Source of the DNA: Eledone cirrhosa
Lineage: Eukaryota
NCBI GenBank assembly: GCA_964016885.1
Contig: OZ024752.1
Location: 35,092,001-35,156,000, forward strand
Direction: 5' to 3'
DNA: 64,000 bases
The position numbers and the translations under genes were made by a program. Each line of letters starts with the position of its first letter. Position 1 is the first letter of the stretch. Below are positions 1 to 13,201 of this stretch, piece after piece. The notes under the pieces are model-generated. The model ran no database searches and was not told the DNA's origin. It saw only the letters and a list, made by a program, of their open reading frames with translations.

Positions 1-190
1 GAGAGAGTGTGTGTGTGTGTGTGTGTGAAAGAGAGAGAGTGTGTGTATGTGTGTGAGAGAGAGAGAGTGTGTGTGTGTGAGAGAGTGTGTGTGTATGTGT
101 GAAAGAGAGAGAGAGAGAGAGTGTGTGTGAGAGAGAGAGAGAGTGAGAGAGGTGTGAGTGAGAGAGAGGAGGAATGAGTGAGAAGGGGGG
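1..190. repeat. (GA)n/(GT)n compound microsatellite
   Basis: Direct dinucleotide runs. Confidence 0.95.
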
Positions 191-254
191 GTGAGAGAGG
201 GGGGTGAAGTTCTGTGATGTTTTTGTGCCTTGTTCCAAAGTAATAGTAGCAGCG

Positions 255-845
255 TATAGTATGGTATGGCATGGTATGGTATGGTAGGGTATGGTATGGT
301 AGGGTATGGTATGGTGTGGTAGGGTATGGTATGGTGTGGTAGGGTATGGTATGGTGTGGTAGGGTATGGTATGGTGTGGTAGGGTATGGTGTGGTATGGC
401 ATGCTATGGTGTGGTGTGGTATGCTATGGTATGGTATGGCATGGCATGGTATGATATGGTATGGTATGACATAGTATGCTATAGTATGGTATGCTATGGT
501 ATGGTGTGGTATGATATGGTATGACATAGTATGCTATGGTATGACATAGTATGGCATGGTATGGTATGGTAGGGTATGGTATGGTATGGCATGGTGTGGT
601 ATGGTATGGCATGCTATGCTATGCTATGGTGTGGTATGGTATGGTATGGTATGGCATGGTATGGTATGACATAGTATGCTATGGTATGGTATGGTATGGT
701 ATGCTATGGTATGGTGTGGTATGATGTGGTATGGTATGGTATGGTATGGCATGGCATGGTATGGTATGACATAGTATGCTATGGTATGGTATGGTATGGT
801 ATGCTATGGTATGGTGTGGTATGGTATGGTATGGTGTGGTATGGT
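255..845 (-). repeat. Expanded (ACCAT)n pentamer array forming the 3' tail of the adjacent minus-strand SINE
   Basis: ATGGT repeats abut GGTCCCGT..., the reverse complement of the tail end ...ACGG(G/C)ACCATACCAT seen at 10215-10240. Confidence 0.85.
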
Positions 846-1065
846 CCCGTATCTCTTTGTGGAGTCGTAGGGGCGTTGTACTGACATACGGTTTTTCTAG
901 GGCATTTAAAAAAAAACCTGGTGGAGCCCATCTTTGGCCATCTTCTGGCCTGGATATAGCAGATTTTTTCCAGAGAAGGATAGAAAGTGAGAAAAATATA
1001 TAAAGAATCGACCCCAGTACTATACTGGTACATTTTTTATCGACAAGTTGACCTCAGTGGCATTT
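846..1065 (-). mobile_element. Composite SINE (central SINE body plus GAAATCTGCTG...TACGACTC...CCATAC tail)
   Basis: Reverse complement aligns by eye to copies at 4600-4940, 9833-10240 and 38310-38655. Confidence 0.75.
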
Positions 1066-1159
1066 GTGAGTGTTATTTGCGAATGTATTTCTGAATAGAT
1101 TCGTTCCCCTCGTTTCCGTTCCCATTTGCAACTATTTTACTTAATTTGTGTGCCTTCTC

Positions 1160-1405
1160 GCATGACCCAATAGTTAGTACACTTGATGTACGATCGTAAT
1201 ATCGTCTGTTCGATTCCTGGACAGAGTGCTGCGTTGTCTTCTTGAGCAAAACACTTTAACTAACGTAGCCCCAGCACAATCAGTGAGTACCAACAGAAGC
1301 TGGGGCTGTTTAACCCTGCGACGGTCTAGCTGTCCTGACCAGGGAGAGTCTTGTACTCTCAGTTGCTTAACGTCAAGGAAATCGAGGATAAGAATCGGCT
1401 TTAAC
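1160..1405 (+). mobile_element. tRNA-derived CORE-type SINE (second family), degenerate
   Basis: GTTCGATTCC B-box, CTTGAGCAAAACACTT CORE-like motif, and AACCCTGCGA...GTCCTGACCAGGGAGAGTCTTGTACTCTCAG tail shared with 54497-54985 and 60150-60274. Confidence 0.7.
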
Positions 1406-1748
1406 TATTGACATTAAACCATCACTGTTAGTAGTGTTAAACGTCGCACCCTGGGTAAAATTACTGCAAAAGTAAGATACCAAGTGATCCACTTATAGCT
1501 AGATCATGTAAATTTAATTCCCATAAACATTGTAATCCATCCTATTTGAAAATGACCTTTCTTTCTTTCTCCTTTTTCCTGTTTTGGATATTTAAAGTGG
1601 ATTGTGTAGTATGACCCACCCATCCTTGACAGGACATATTCTGTTTTAATCACGATTACTTTCAGTTCGGAATTTAAACAAATTGATTTCGAAATATATC
1701 ATTGTTCTTAATGGTTATTTTTGTTTTATCCTCGATTCAAATTTCATT

Positions 1749-1790
1749 ACTTCCTGTTTGAACGAAAAGCACCTACATGGTTATAAATGT
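1749..1790 (+). promoter_or_regulatory. Candidate promoter of gene A: ETS-like ACTTCCTGT and TATA box TATAAAT (1782-1788)
   Basis: Motifs lie about 70 nt upstream of ATGAG|GTGAGG; motif-only evidence. Confidence 0.3.
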
Positions 1791-1855
1791 TAACTAGATT
1801 TATAACACGCACACGACTTCTACATCGACTTTTCAGCCCACTTGGTAAACAACGA

Positions 1856-1860
1856 ATGAG
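1856..1860 (+). CDS. Gene A candidate exon 1 (ATG AG, phase 2)
   Basis: ATGAG|gtgagg donor; joins 7710 in frame to give MRLSICTRQ... Confidence 0.4.
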
Positions 1861-2501
1861 GTGAGGTCTGGGATCTTGTCGATTCAGATCAAAATATTAT
1901 GTAACATCGTTACTAAAAAAAAAAAGTGTAAATACCTTTTTTTTTTTTAATGAGTCAACAACAGTGATATTTAAACACTGTCACCGAACTAAATATTATT
2001 TCAGATACTTTAACTACATGTCTGACCCTCTATCATCCACTTCAAACCTTACCCTTAGCCTAAATAACTTAATAACCTTTTTACTTCACGTTCATTTGAA
2101 GTTCATTTAGTCTTGTTTTATCTTTAGTACAATCACGCCATTTTGTAAAAATTTGTTTCTACGTTTTCGCCATCTGCTTGTCACGTTTATTTATTTTATT
2201 TATTTATTTATTATTATTATTTTGGTTATAAGAAGCAGGTCTCAACGACATCCGTTTGTTTTAAGCTGTGCTGACTATTTTTCCCCAAATGACAGATACA
2301 CAATGACACCATTTGTGCTAAAATTATATAGCTTTTTTTAATTCTATAAATGACGCACAATAGTATGGTTTATATAACTAACTCGATAATGTTTGTTTCT
2401 TTTGCTAAACTGACATAGTTTATAAATCATATTTAACAAGAAATAAAAAGAAAATATGTTCTCTCAGATTTTTTAAGTAAGACAACAGTAAATTTATTTT
2501 T

Positions 2502-2592
<91 letters not shown>

Positions 2593-2663
2593 GTAATATG
2601 CGTGTGGTCAAACAAAGACGTGTTCTCTACTTAACACATCCGCGTATAAATTTAAATTATATA

Positions 2664-3410
2664 CGAGGGTCGGCTGAAATGTTCATAGGCTGACTATGAA
2701 GAAGTGATGCTAGAGCTGTGAAATCTTGCATGTATTAATTTCAACTCTTCTTTTTAACAATAACTACATTGTTTCTTTCCAGGGACTATGTTGAAAAAAA
2801 ACCCCTCATTTGGTCATTCCATGAGAGTATCTTGGTCAGCCTATGGAGGATTGATGCTAGGGCTGTGAAATCTTGCATGCATTAATTTTAACTCTTTTTA
2901 TTAAAAAATAAACCTCATTTGGTCATTCCATGAGAGTATCTTGGTCAGCCTATGAAGGATTGATGCTAGGGCTGTGAAATCTTGCATGCATTAATTTTAA
3001 CTCTTTTTATTAAAAAATAAACCTCATTTGGTCATTCCATGAGAGTATCTTGGTCAGCCTATGAAGGATTGATGCTAGGGCTGTGAAATCTTGCATGTAT
3101 TAATTTTAACTCTTTTTATTAAAAAATAAACCTCATTTGGTCATTCCATGAGAGTATCTTGGTCAGCTTATGAAGGATTGATGTTAGGGCTGTGAAATCT
3201 TGCATGCATTAATTTTAACTCTTTTTATTAAAACATAAACCTCATTTGGTCAGTCCATGAGAGTATCTTGGTCAGCCTATGAAGGATTGATGCTAGGGCT
3301 GTGAAATCTTGCATGCATTAATTTTAACTCTTTTTATTAAAAAATAAACTTCATTTGGTCAGTCCATGAGAGTATCTTGATCAGCTTATGAACTATTCAG
3401 CCGACCCTTG
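2664..3410 (+). mobile_element. Mariner-type MITE with five internal 109-bp tandem units
   Basis: TA-CGAGGGTCGGCTGAAATGTTCATAGGCTGA ... TCAGCTTATGAACTATTCAGCCGACCCTTG-TA terminal inverted repeats; unit starts at 2842, 2951, 3060, 3169 and 3278. Confidence 0.85.
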
Positions 3411-3559
3411 TATATAGAGAAGCCACTGATCATTAGATCTGACTAATGTAATTGACAGAAAGTTGGACAAATATTTCTTTACAATGACAGTTAATAGATC
3501 TTTAAGCTAAATCTTTTCTCATATTGACGTAGTTGTTTTATCTTTACATTCTGGCTTTG

Positions 3560-4435
3560 AATCCTGCTGAGGTCAGCCATGTCTTTCGGCTTTTTGTTCT
3601 ATCCTGCTAAGATCAGCCATGTCTTTGGTTGTTTATTGTTTTTTGTCGTATCCTGCTGAGGTCAGCCATGTCTTTGGTTGTTTTTTGTTGTTGTTTTTTG
3701 TCGTATCCTGCTAAGGTCAGCCATGTCATTGGTTCTATTTTGTCGTATCTTGCTAAGGTCAGCTATGTCATTGGTTCTTTTTTGTCGTATCTTGCTAAGG
3801 TCAGCCATGTCATTGGTTCTTTTTTGTCGTATCTTGCTAAGGTCAGCCATGTCATTGGTTCTTTTTTGTCGTCTCTTGCTAAGGTCAGCCATGTCATTGG
3901 TTCTTTTTTGTCGTCTCTTGCTAAGGTCAGCCATGTCATTGGTTCTTTTTTGTCGTCTCTTGCTAAGGTCAGCCATGTCATTGGTTCTTTTTTGTCGTCT
4001 CTTGCTAAGGTCAGCCATGTCATTGGTTCTTTTTTGTCGTCTCTTGCTAAGGTCAGCCATGTCATTGGTTCTTTTTTGTCGTCTCTTGCTAAGGTCAGCC
4101 ATGTCATTGGTTCTTTTTTGTCGTCTCTTGCTAAGGTCAGCCATGTCATTGGTTCTTTTTTGTCGTCTCTTGCTAAGGTCAGCCATGTCATTGGTTCTTT
4201 TTTGTCGTCTCTTGCTAAGGTCAGCCATGTCATTGGTTCTTTTTTGTCGTCTCTTGCTAAGGTCAGCCATGTCATTGGTTCTTTTTTGTCGTATCTTGCT
4301 AAAGTCAGCCGTGTCTTTGGTGATTGTTTTTTGTTGTTTTTTGTCGTATCCTGCTAAAGTCAGCCATGTCTTTGGTTGTTATTTTTTTTATCGTATCCAG
4401 CGAAGCGAAGGCCAGCCATGTCTTTCGTCTTTTTT
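3560..4435 (+). repeat. 42-bp minisatellite (TCGTCTCTTGCTAAGGTCAGCCATGTCATTGGTTCTTTTTTG)n inside a decayed SINE
   Basis: About 20 units; accounts for the 14-aa periodic ORFs at 3629-4448. Confidence 0.9.
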
Positions 4436-4599
4436 TGCCGTCGATTAAATAAGAACCTGACAAGTACTAGGGTTAATTAAATTCACTGAACCCTGCTCTA
4501 CGTTAGGATGTCGGATTAAATGCCTTGTAGTATTTGTTCCAGCTACCTCCGCTCTCTGTTCAAATCCCTCCGAAGTCAACATCTTTCTTCATTTTGGTG

Positions 4600-4940
4600 T
4601 CGAATTGGCAGAGTCGTCTGAACGTCGGATAGAATACTTTGCGATATTCGTTCTGGTTCCCCGTTCTCTGAGTTCAAATCCCACCGCGGTCAACTTTGCC
4701 TTTCATCCATTCAAGGTCGATAAAATAAAAATACCAGTCTACTACTGAGATCTCTTCTTCCTCTATATATCTCTTTCTCACTTCCATTCTCTCACTTTAT
4801 CACTCTCCGGAAGAAATCTGCTGTATTCAGACCTGGAGAGGAGATGAGCTTCACCAGGTTTTTTTTAAATTCCCAAGAAACGCCGTATGTGAATACAACG
4901 TCCATACGACTCTCTCATGAGTTACGGGAGACCATACTAT
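4600..4940 (+). mobile_element. Composite SINE with CCATAC-type tail
   Basis: TGGCAGAGTCG A-box region, GAGTTCAAATCC B-box, CT-rich linker, GAAATCTGCTG tail. Confidence 0.75.
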
Positions 4941-5129
4941 GTATGCAATAGCAAACTGTATATCGGGACAGATTAAATGCATTTTTATTCTTTAAAATTC
5001 AACTATGATAAAACGGTGAACGGAAATAAAGTCACATGAAAAATAAAAGCGTTTCAATTTTTGTCAATGAAAAACGTCACAAGAGAAAATTATATATTTC
5101 ATTTAAATACGACGCGCAGACACACTCAC

Positions 5130-5790
<661 letters not shown>

Positions 5791-6110
5791 ACATTGAAAA
5801 GTTGTTGAGAGAGAGAGAGGTGGAGGAGGGATGGATCGTTTATGACGTCAGAATGAAAGTGATGATGATAGAGTTTTAAAAAATCCTTACACGATAATCG
5901 TAGGTAGGTTTTTCATAATAATTGTTTCTACTTTAGGCACAAGGCCAGCAATTACCCAGTGCATTACTGGTACTTTATTTTATCGACCCCGTAAGGATGA
6001 AAGGCAAAGTCAACCTCGGCGGGATTTGAACTCAGATCGTAAAGGGACGTAACTATGCTGCGAGGGTTGATATTTATTGATGCTCCAGTATTTATTGGAA
6101 ATACTTTGTT

Positions 6111-6310
6111 NNNNNNNNNNNNNNNNNNNNNNNNNNNNNNNNNNNNNNNNNNNNNNNNNNNNNNNNNNNNNNNNNNNNNNNNNNNNNNNNNNNNNNNNNN
6201 NNNNNNNNNNNNNNNNNNNNNNNNNNNNNNNNNNNNNNNNNNNNNNNNNNNNNNNNNNNNNNNNNNNNNNNNNNNNNNNNNNNNNNNNNNNNNNNNNNNN
6301 NNNNNNNNNN
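6111..6310. other. Assembly gap (200 N)
   Basis: Run of n. Confidence 1.
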
Positions 6311-6422
6311 TGTGTTTGTGTGTGTGAAAGATAGTTTAAAACTATGCATGTGTGTGTGTCTATATATATATATATGTGTGTGTGTGTGAAAGATAGTTTA
6401 AAACTATGCATGTATGCGTGTC

Positions 6423-6468
<46 letters not shown>

Positions 6469-6502
6469 AAAGACAGTTTAAAACTATGCATGTATGTGTG
6501 TC

Positions 6503-6599
<97 letters not shown>

Positions 6600-6724
6600 A
6601 AAACGTAATCCAACAACACTGTGACGTTATAATAATCAATTGATATATTTCAATATCTTTTCATTTCTTTTATTACCGTTATATATCAAAACACAAAAAG
6701 TATCAATGTAAAACAATAATAATG

Positions 6725-7089
6725 ATAATTGTTTCTACTTTTGGCACAAGGCCAGCAATTACTCCAGTGTATTACTGGTGCTTTATTTAACCCGGGCGGG
6801 ATTTGAACTTGGACTATAAAGGGCCGTAACTCTATGCTGCAAAGCATGGTGTCCGACCCTCTATCGATAGTAATGTTTCTGCTTTTGGCACAAGGCCAGC
6901 AATTACTCCAGTGCATTACTGGTGCTTTATTTAACCCGGGCGGGATTTGAACTTGGACTATAAAGGGCCGTAACTCTATGCTGAAAAGCATCGTGTCCGA
7001 CCCTCTACCGATAGTAATGTTTCTGCTTTTGGCACAAGGCCAGCAATTACTCCAGTGCATTACTGGTGCTTTATTTTATCGACCCCGTA
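6725..7089 (-). mobile_element. Tandem copies (147-bp period) of the main tRNA-derived SINE
   Basis: GTTTCT(A/G)CTTTTGGCACAAGGCCAGC...GGATTTGAAC repeated. Confidence 0.85.
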
Positions 7090-7123
7090 CAGGCCTGAAC
7101 ACAGAGGAGCTGAACTCCCACGG

Positions 7124-7672
7124 TCATCGACCCCGTCTCTCTCGCCCTCCCCATTTTTCTCTATTATGAGCAAATGGGGTCCCACGCGCTGTCAGCCCCA
7201 CGGCCCCGGCGGACAGAATGGAGAAGGCGTTTCCCCGGAGGATGGTAAGGGAGATGCGCTGGAAGAGCCATTCCAATTCGCGAGGCTCACACCTGCGGCT
7301 CGCCAGCTCAGCGCCTATGGTGGTAAGTAGGGAGGTAGCCCTAGGGCCAAGGACACCAGACATCTCCACTGGTAGGGGCTCGGAGAGCGACTGATACTTG
7401 GAGAGTTTACCCTTCTCAGCCCGAAGTGCAGTAGAACCTGGGTTAGTCGCAGACGGCACCAGGTTACCGCTGGAGAATGTGTCGCTGCATGTGGCATCTC
7501 AGACGAGGAGTTTAGCACCGTAGAACGGGAAAATGGTCATGCTGTCTGGACTTTTACCATCCCCTCGATCCAGCCCCACCGACTTGAGCTGGGAGGGGAA
7601 GCTTGCAGCATCCAAGCCATTCTTACTGACCTCGTTAAGAGCAGCATGGCGTGGAAGACAGCCTGCACTTTT
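7124..7672 (-). pseudogene. 3' fragment of a CRE-clade non-LTR retrotransposon (restriction-like endonuclease domain), decayed
   Basis: Minus strand translates KSAGCLPRHAALNEV...GLDRGDGKSPDSMTIFPF...LV*DATCSDT...AEKGKLSKY...LFQRISLTILRGNAFSIL. This matches the RH-x-x-LN, GKRPDG, WDAT, AE-x-x-K-x-x-KY and QRLS-x-x-IQRGNA motifs; the W codon has mutated to TGA. Confidence 0.85.
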
Positions 7673-7709
7673 CTCTGGAGTTTACAAGGGTCTTTTGTAT
7701 TGTCTGCAG

Positions 7710-7773
7710 ACTATCCATTTGCACAAGACAAATTATTTTACCGGTTCTATGTATATATATGTTACCGGCAGTG
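7710..7773 (+). CDS. Gene A candidate exon 2 (signal-peptide-like LSICTRQIILPVLCIYMLPAV)
   Basis: ttttgtattgtctgcag acceptor and GTG|gtaact donor; phase 2 in / 0 out fits both neighbours. Confidence 0.5.
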
Positions 7774-7844
7774 GTAACTAATATGAGTGAAAACCAAGGA
7801 ATCAAATACAAACCCATTAAATCAGGTTTTGAAGTTTTCCAGTG

Positions 7845-8435
7845 ATTTTTTTCCTTGTAACTTTCCCCCCTGTATCATTTACCCTGTATCATTTCCCATG
7901 TGACATTTCCTTTGTAACATTTCCCCTGTGTGACATTTCCCCTGTTTGATGTTTCCCCTGTATCATTTCCCCTCTAATATTTCCCCTCTAACTTTTCATT
8001 TGTAACATTCCCTTGTGACATTAACCCCTGTATCATTTTCCATCTAACATTTCCCCTATGACATTTCCTCTGTAACATTTCCTCCGTAACATTTCCCCTG
8101 TGACATTTCCCCTGTGACATTTCCCTGTAACTTTTCCCCTGTGACATTTCCCCTCTAACGTTTCCCCTGTGACATTTCCCCTGTAACATTTCCCCTCTAA
8201 CGTTTCCCCTGTGACATTTCCCCTGTAACATTTCCCCTCTAACGTTTCCCCTGTGACATTTCTCCTGTGACATTTCCCCTGTGACATTTCCCCTGTGTGG
8301 CTTTTCCCCTGTGACTTTTTGCCTGTGATATTTCCCCTGAGTGACTTTCCCCCCGTGGCTTTTCCCCGCTGTTATTTCCCCGTGGCTTTTTCCCTGTGGT
8401 TCTTTTCCCCACTGGCTTTTTCACTGTAACTTTTC
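7845..8435. repeat. Degenerate ~15-bp minisatellite (TGTGACATTTCCCC)n
   Basis: Direct. Confidence 0.9.
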
Positions 8436-8586
8436 CTTAATAACATGAAGGTATTTCCAGTTGATATGAGAGCTTTTGGCCCAAAATTCCATATCTGAGT
8501 GAATATCTTTAACAAATAGTTAATAACAAATAGTTAATAATAGTAATTGTTGGCTTTAAAATGTCTTTTCTTTTCTCTTTTTCCAG

Positions 8587-8719
8587 TATACAATGGAATA
8601 TTGGGTAATTCTCCTAATATATATAATCGCCATGTTTCTCTTGATATCTGGTTGGCAATATTACGGTACACGACTGGACAGGAGTACATCACTTACCAGT
8701 TGCAACAGTAGTCAATCTA
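8587..8719 (+). CDS. Gene A exon 3: TM segment YTMEYWVILLIYIIAMFLLISGWQYYG...
   Basis: Long polypyrimidine tract plus ttccag acceptor, CTA|gtaagt donor, only one open frame, hydrophobic helix. Confidence 0.65.
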
Positions 8720-8751
8720 GTAAGTACCAACATCCAATATTATTATTACTA

Positions 8752-9590
8752 AGTGGCGGTGGATTGGCAGTATCGATAGAGGGTCGGACGCCATGCCTTC
8801 CAGCATAGTTACGTCCCTTTACGATCTGAGTTCAAATCTCGCCGAGGTTGACTTTGCTTTTCATCCTTACGGGGTCGATAAAATAATGTACCAGTAATGC
8901 ACTGGGTAATTGCTGGCCTTGTGCCTAAAGTAGAAACTATTATTACTAAGTGGCCTTGTGTCTATATAAGAAACCATTATTACTAAGGGCCGTGGATTGG
9001 CAGCATCATTAGAGGGTCGGGCGCCATGCTTTGCAGCATGGAGTTACGGCCCTTTACGATCTGAGTTCAAATCCCGCCGAGGTTAACTTTGCCTTTCATC
9101 CTTACGGGGTCGATAAAATAAAGTACCAGTAATACACTGGGGTAATTGCTGGCCTTGTGCCAAAAGTAGAAACAATTATTATTACTGAGGACCGTTGGTT
9201 TGCAGTATCGGATAAGCGTCGGACACCAGGCTTTGCAGCATAGAGTTACGCCCCTTTACGTTCTGAGTTCAAATCCTGTCGAGGTTGACTTTGCTTTTCA
9301 TCTTTACGGGGTCGATAAAATAAAGCACCAGTAATGCACTGTGGGTAATTGCTGGCCTTGTGTCCAAAGTAGAAACAATTATTATTGTTGCTGTTGTTGT
9401 CGTTATTTGTTGTTGCTGTTATTGTTGCGGTGGATTGGCAGAAGAATCGGTAGAGTGTCAGACAACATGCTTTGTGTTATATAGTTATGATAACGTTCTG
9501 ATTTCAAATCCTGCCGAAGTTAACTTTGCCTCTCATCCTTACGGAATCGATAAAATAAAGTACCAGTAACGTACTGGGGTAGATTTAGTC
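8752..9590 (+). mobile_element. Cluster of four head-to-tail main-family SINEs (~190 bp each)
   Basis: GGCGGTGGATTGGCAG...GAGTTCAAATCC...GGGGTCGATAAAATAAAGTACCAG...AAAGTAGAAAC(AATT). Confidence 0.9.
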
Positions 9591-9832
9591 TCTAGCTATG
9601 TTACATCTATTTGTGTTGCACCTACGTACCCGGGCTGTTTCGCTATAGGACTATGATGTAAAATATGATAGTATACAGATAGTAATCAGTATTTACTGTT
9701 TACCAACAGCATTTACTTTCAAACGATTATTTAACTTCCTGGTTAAAACATATATAATTGCTCATCCATGTATGCGATGTATATATGGAGGAGTAATTAT
9801 ATAATTTGTCTTCTGACCTCATTGTTATAACA

Positions 9833-10240
9833 AGGTAGCAAATAGGCAGAGTCGTTAGAACGTCTGATAGAATGGTAGAGTGGTTAGAACGTCTGATAGA
9901 ATGGTAGAGTCGTTGTAACGTCGGATAGAATGCTTTATGGTATTTGTTCCGGCTCTCTACTCTCTGAGTTCAAATCCCACCGAGGTCAACTTTGCCTTTC
10001 ATCCTTTCGAGGTTGATAAAAAAAGTACCAGTCTAGTACTGGGGTCGATTCTTCCTCTAGATCTTTCTTCTTTCCTTTCTCTCTCAATTGCTATCTTTCT
10101 CTGGAAGAAATCTGCTGTATTTAAGTCTGGAGAGGGATGGACTCTGCCAGGTTTAAAATGCCATAAGAAACACCGTATGTCAATACGGCGCCCCTACGAC
10201 TCTATCAGGAGGTACGGCCCATACCATACCATACCATAAC
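9833..10240 (+). mobile_element. Composite SINE with triplicated 29-bp head segment and (ACCAT)n tail
   Basis: Head GGCAGAGTCGTTAGAACGTCTGATAGAA x3, B-box, tail. Confidence 0.8.
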
Positions 10241-10244
10241 ATAA

Positions 10245-10289
<45 letters not shown>

Positions 10290-10324
10290 TTCCGTTACGT
10301 GAAATCGTGTGTTGAAATAGATAA

Positions 10325-10590
10325 TGGAGGGTCATGTTGCCAAGAGGAGCTAAAATATTGATTGAGAAAGTCACAGAATGTGTGACGAAAGATCTTTGAC
10401 AATTACATAACCATCCAATTACTAAACTAACCGAGAAATGGATTAGTTAATGGATTAGTTACCTAACTAATAAGGGTTTCTGATTTAGTTCAGTAACCAC
10501 ATGTTTATTTAAATGTCAAAGCTCTTTCATCACACATTCTGTGACCTTCTCAATGACTAATTTTGCTCCCCTTGGCAACATGACCCTCCA
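10325..10590. mobile_element. Putative MITE/foldback with ~76-bp imperfect inverted arms
   Basis: TGGAGGGTCATGTTGCCAAG...TTTGACA vs TGTCAAAG...CTTGGCAACATGACCCTCCA. Confidence 0.6.
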
Positions 10591-10761
10591 AAAGTATAAC
10601 ACTATCAATAGATTAGTGTCCCTATTAACGTCCATTGTTACATAAAAACCCCTCTTTCCAGCAACTCCTTTGTCCTTGACATGCAACATGTCTGATAATC
10701 CTGCATACTCGGCAGATCTTGATAGATTTGTGATATAATCTGCCTTTATGTACATTTTATT

Positions 10762-11485
10762 CGTCGTATATATGACGTAACGTCGTATATATGGTCCAAC
10801 GTCGTCATATATATATCCTAACGTCGTATATATGACCTAACGTCGTATATATGGTCCAACGTCATATATATATATATCGTAACGTCGTATATATGGTCCA
10901 ACGTCTATATATCCTAACGTCTTATATATGGTCTAACGTCGTATATATGACCTAACGTTGTATATACGACCTAACGTCGTATATATGACCTAACGTCATA
11001 TATATATCCTAACGTCGTATATATGACCTAACGTCGTATATATGGCCTAACGACGTATATATGACCTAACGTCATATATATATCCTAACGTCGTATATAT
11101 GACCTAACGTCGTATATACGACCTAACGTCGTATATAAGATCTAACGTCATATATATGACCTAACGTCATATATAAGATCTAACGTCATATATATGACCT
11201 GACGTCATATATAAGATCTAACGTCATATATATGACCTAACGTCATATATATATCCTAACGTCGTATATATGACCTAACGTCGTATATATCCTAACGTCG
11301 TATATATATCCTAACGTCGTATATATGACCTAACGTCGTATATATCCTAACGTCGTATATATGACCTAACGTCATATATATCCTAACATCTTATATATAC
11401 CTAACGTCGTATATATGACCTAACGTCATATATAAGGCCTAACGTCATATATAAGGCCTAACGTCATATATAAGGCCTAACGTCC
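10762..11485. repeat. ~19-bp minisatellite (CCTAACGTCGTATATATGA)n
   Basis: Direct. Confidence 0.92.
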
Positions 11486-11600
11486 CATATAAATTGTTGA
11501 ATCATTTTGAAATATTTATTTAGCTTTCAAAAATATAGACCTAATCATTGGATGGGGTAAAGTGTCGGGAAAGGAAGAGAATGTGACAGTGTAAAAAGTA

Positions 11601-11602
<2 letters not shown>

Positions 11603-11678
<76 letters not shown>

Positions 11679-11762
11679 GTGTGTGAGAGAGTGATTGTAT
11701 ATATGTGAAGGAGAGAGGTGTGTGTGAGAGATTGATTGCGTATGTGTGTGTGTGAGAGAGAG

Positions 11763-11809
<47 letters not shown>

Positions 11810-12121
11810 GAGTGTGTGTCTGAAAAAGAGTGTGTCTGTGAAAGAGAGATTGAGTATATATATGTGAGAAAGAGAGAGTGTGTGTGTGTGTGAGAGAGAG
11901 AGATTGATTGTATATATGTGAGAGAGAGAGAGAGATTTGTGTGTGTGTGTGAGAGAGTGTGAAAAAGAGAGTGTGTATGTGAAAGAGAGATTGAGTATAT
12001 GTGTGTGTGTGAGAGAGAGAGATAGTGGGTTTGTTTGTGTGTGTGTAAGAAAGTGTGTGAGAAAGAGAGTATATGTGTGAAAGAGAGAGTGTGTGTGTGA
12101 AAGAGTGATTGAGTATTTGTC

Positions 12122-12159
<38 letters not shown>

Positions 12160-12290
12160 TGTGTGTGTAAGAAAGTGTATGAGAAAGAGAGTGAAAGAGA
12201 GTATGTGTCAAAGAGAGTGTGTATGTGTAAAAGAGAGTGTGTTTGTGTGTGAGAGAGTGTGTGTTTGTGTGTATATATTTGTGGGGGGGG
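11603..12290. repeat. (GA)n/(GT)n compound microsatellite
   Basis: Direct. Confidence 0.95.
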
Positions 12291-13168
12291 GGGTAGATCA
12301 AAGGAAAAGAGAATTTTTCTTCTTTTTTTTTTGTAATAAACTGAACGATTATCAAATGACAATAAGTAAAGATAGACATTTAAAACAATGTTATCTGCAC
12401 AAATTACTAAACAATTTATAGAATAACATCCAGAAAGTTATTATGTCTTTCTCTTCTAAACAAGCCAGAGCTAACTTAATTGCTATTTCCTTTACACTAA
12501 TTTATGTTGGTATCGTAAATTTCCCTAGTGGGCGCGAGACATATGAGTGTTTCCATTCTACTACGAGTTAATATTAGAAAATTACAATTTCGGTGCAAGT
12601 TTGGAAATTGGAAATGTTTTAGACACGACTGCAGTCTTTAATTCAGCGCCAGTACAATTTCGCACTTTACTTGAAAGATTCGCTTTTCATTTGACAGCTA
12701 ACCATTTTGGTTTTGCTGCATTTCCCTTCATTACTCTTTGGTTTTTGTTGTTTTTTCTTTTGTCCCTTCACTCCTACCAACAATAGCCAAATACCATTCA
12801 GCAAATGATAAAGATGAAGTCACCTAAGCCTCCTTTTTTTCTGTTTCTTTTTTTCCCAAAGGCCCTCCTAAGCTCACACATAGTGAAACTAGTTTCAATT
12901 TCAGGTTTTTATCACTTACTGGTAACAAACCCTGAGACATATGACACGTGACATATGACACCTGAGCAGCACAAATAAGATAGATTGAGAATTTGTCTTG
13001 AGTTCTAGGTGAAACATTTGTTCTCGGTATGGTCAACTAACTGTTGTGGAACTACTTATATATATATACATATATATAAGTACTTTACCCACTCTACTAC
13101 CCCAAGTATTGAGTACTTTGGTGCGTTATGGTCCACCTGGTTTCTTACCACATTTCCTTCGTTATATC

Positions 13169-13201
<33 letters not shown>

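Noticed and set aside
3629-4448. Long ORFs of 170-256 aa on both strands
   Set aside because: Translations of a stop-free 42-bp minisatellite
8752-9590. tRNA genes suggested by A/B boxes
   Set aside because: They are SINE heads followed by SINE body and tail; no complete cloverleaf
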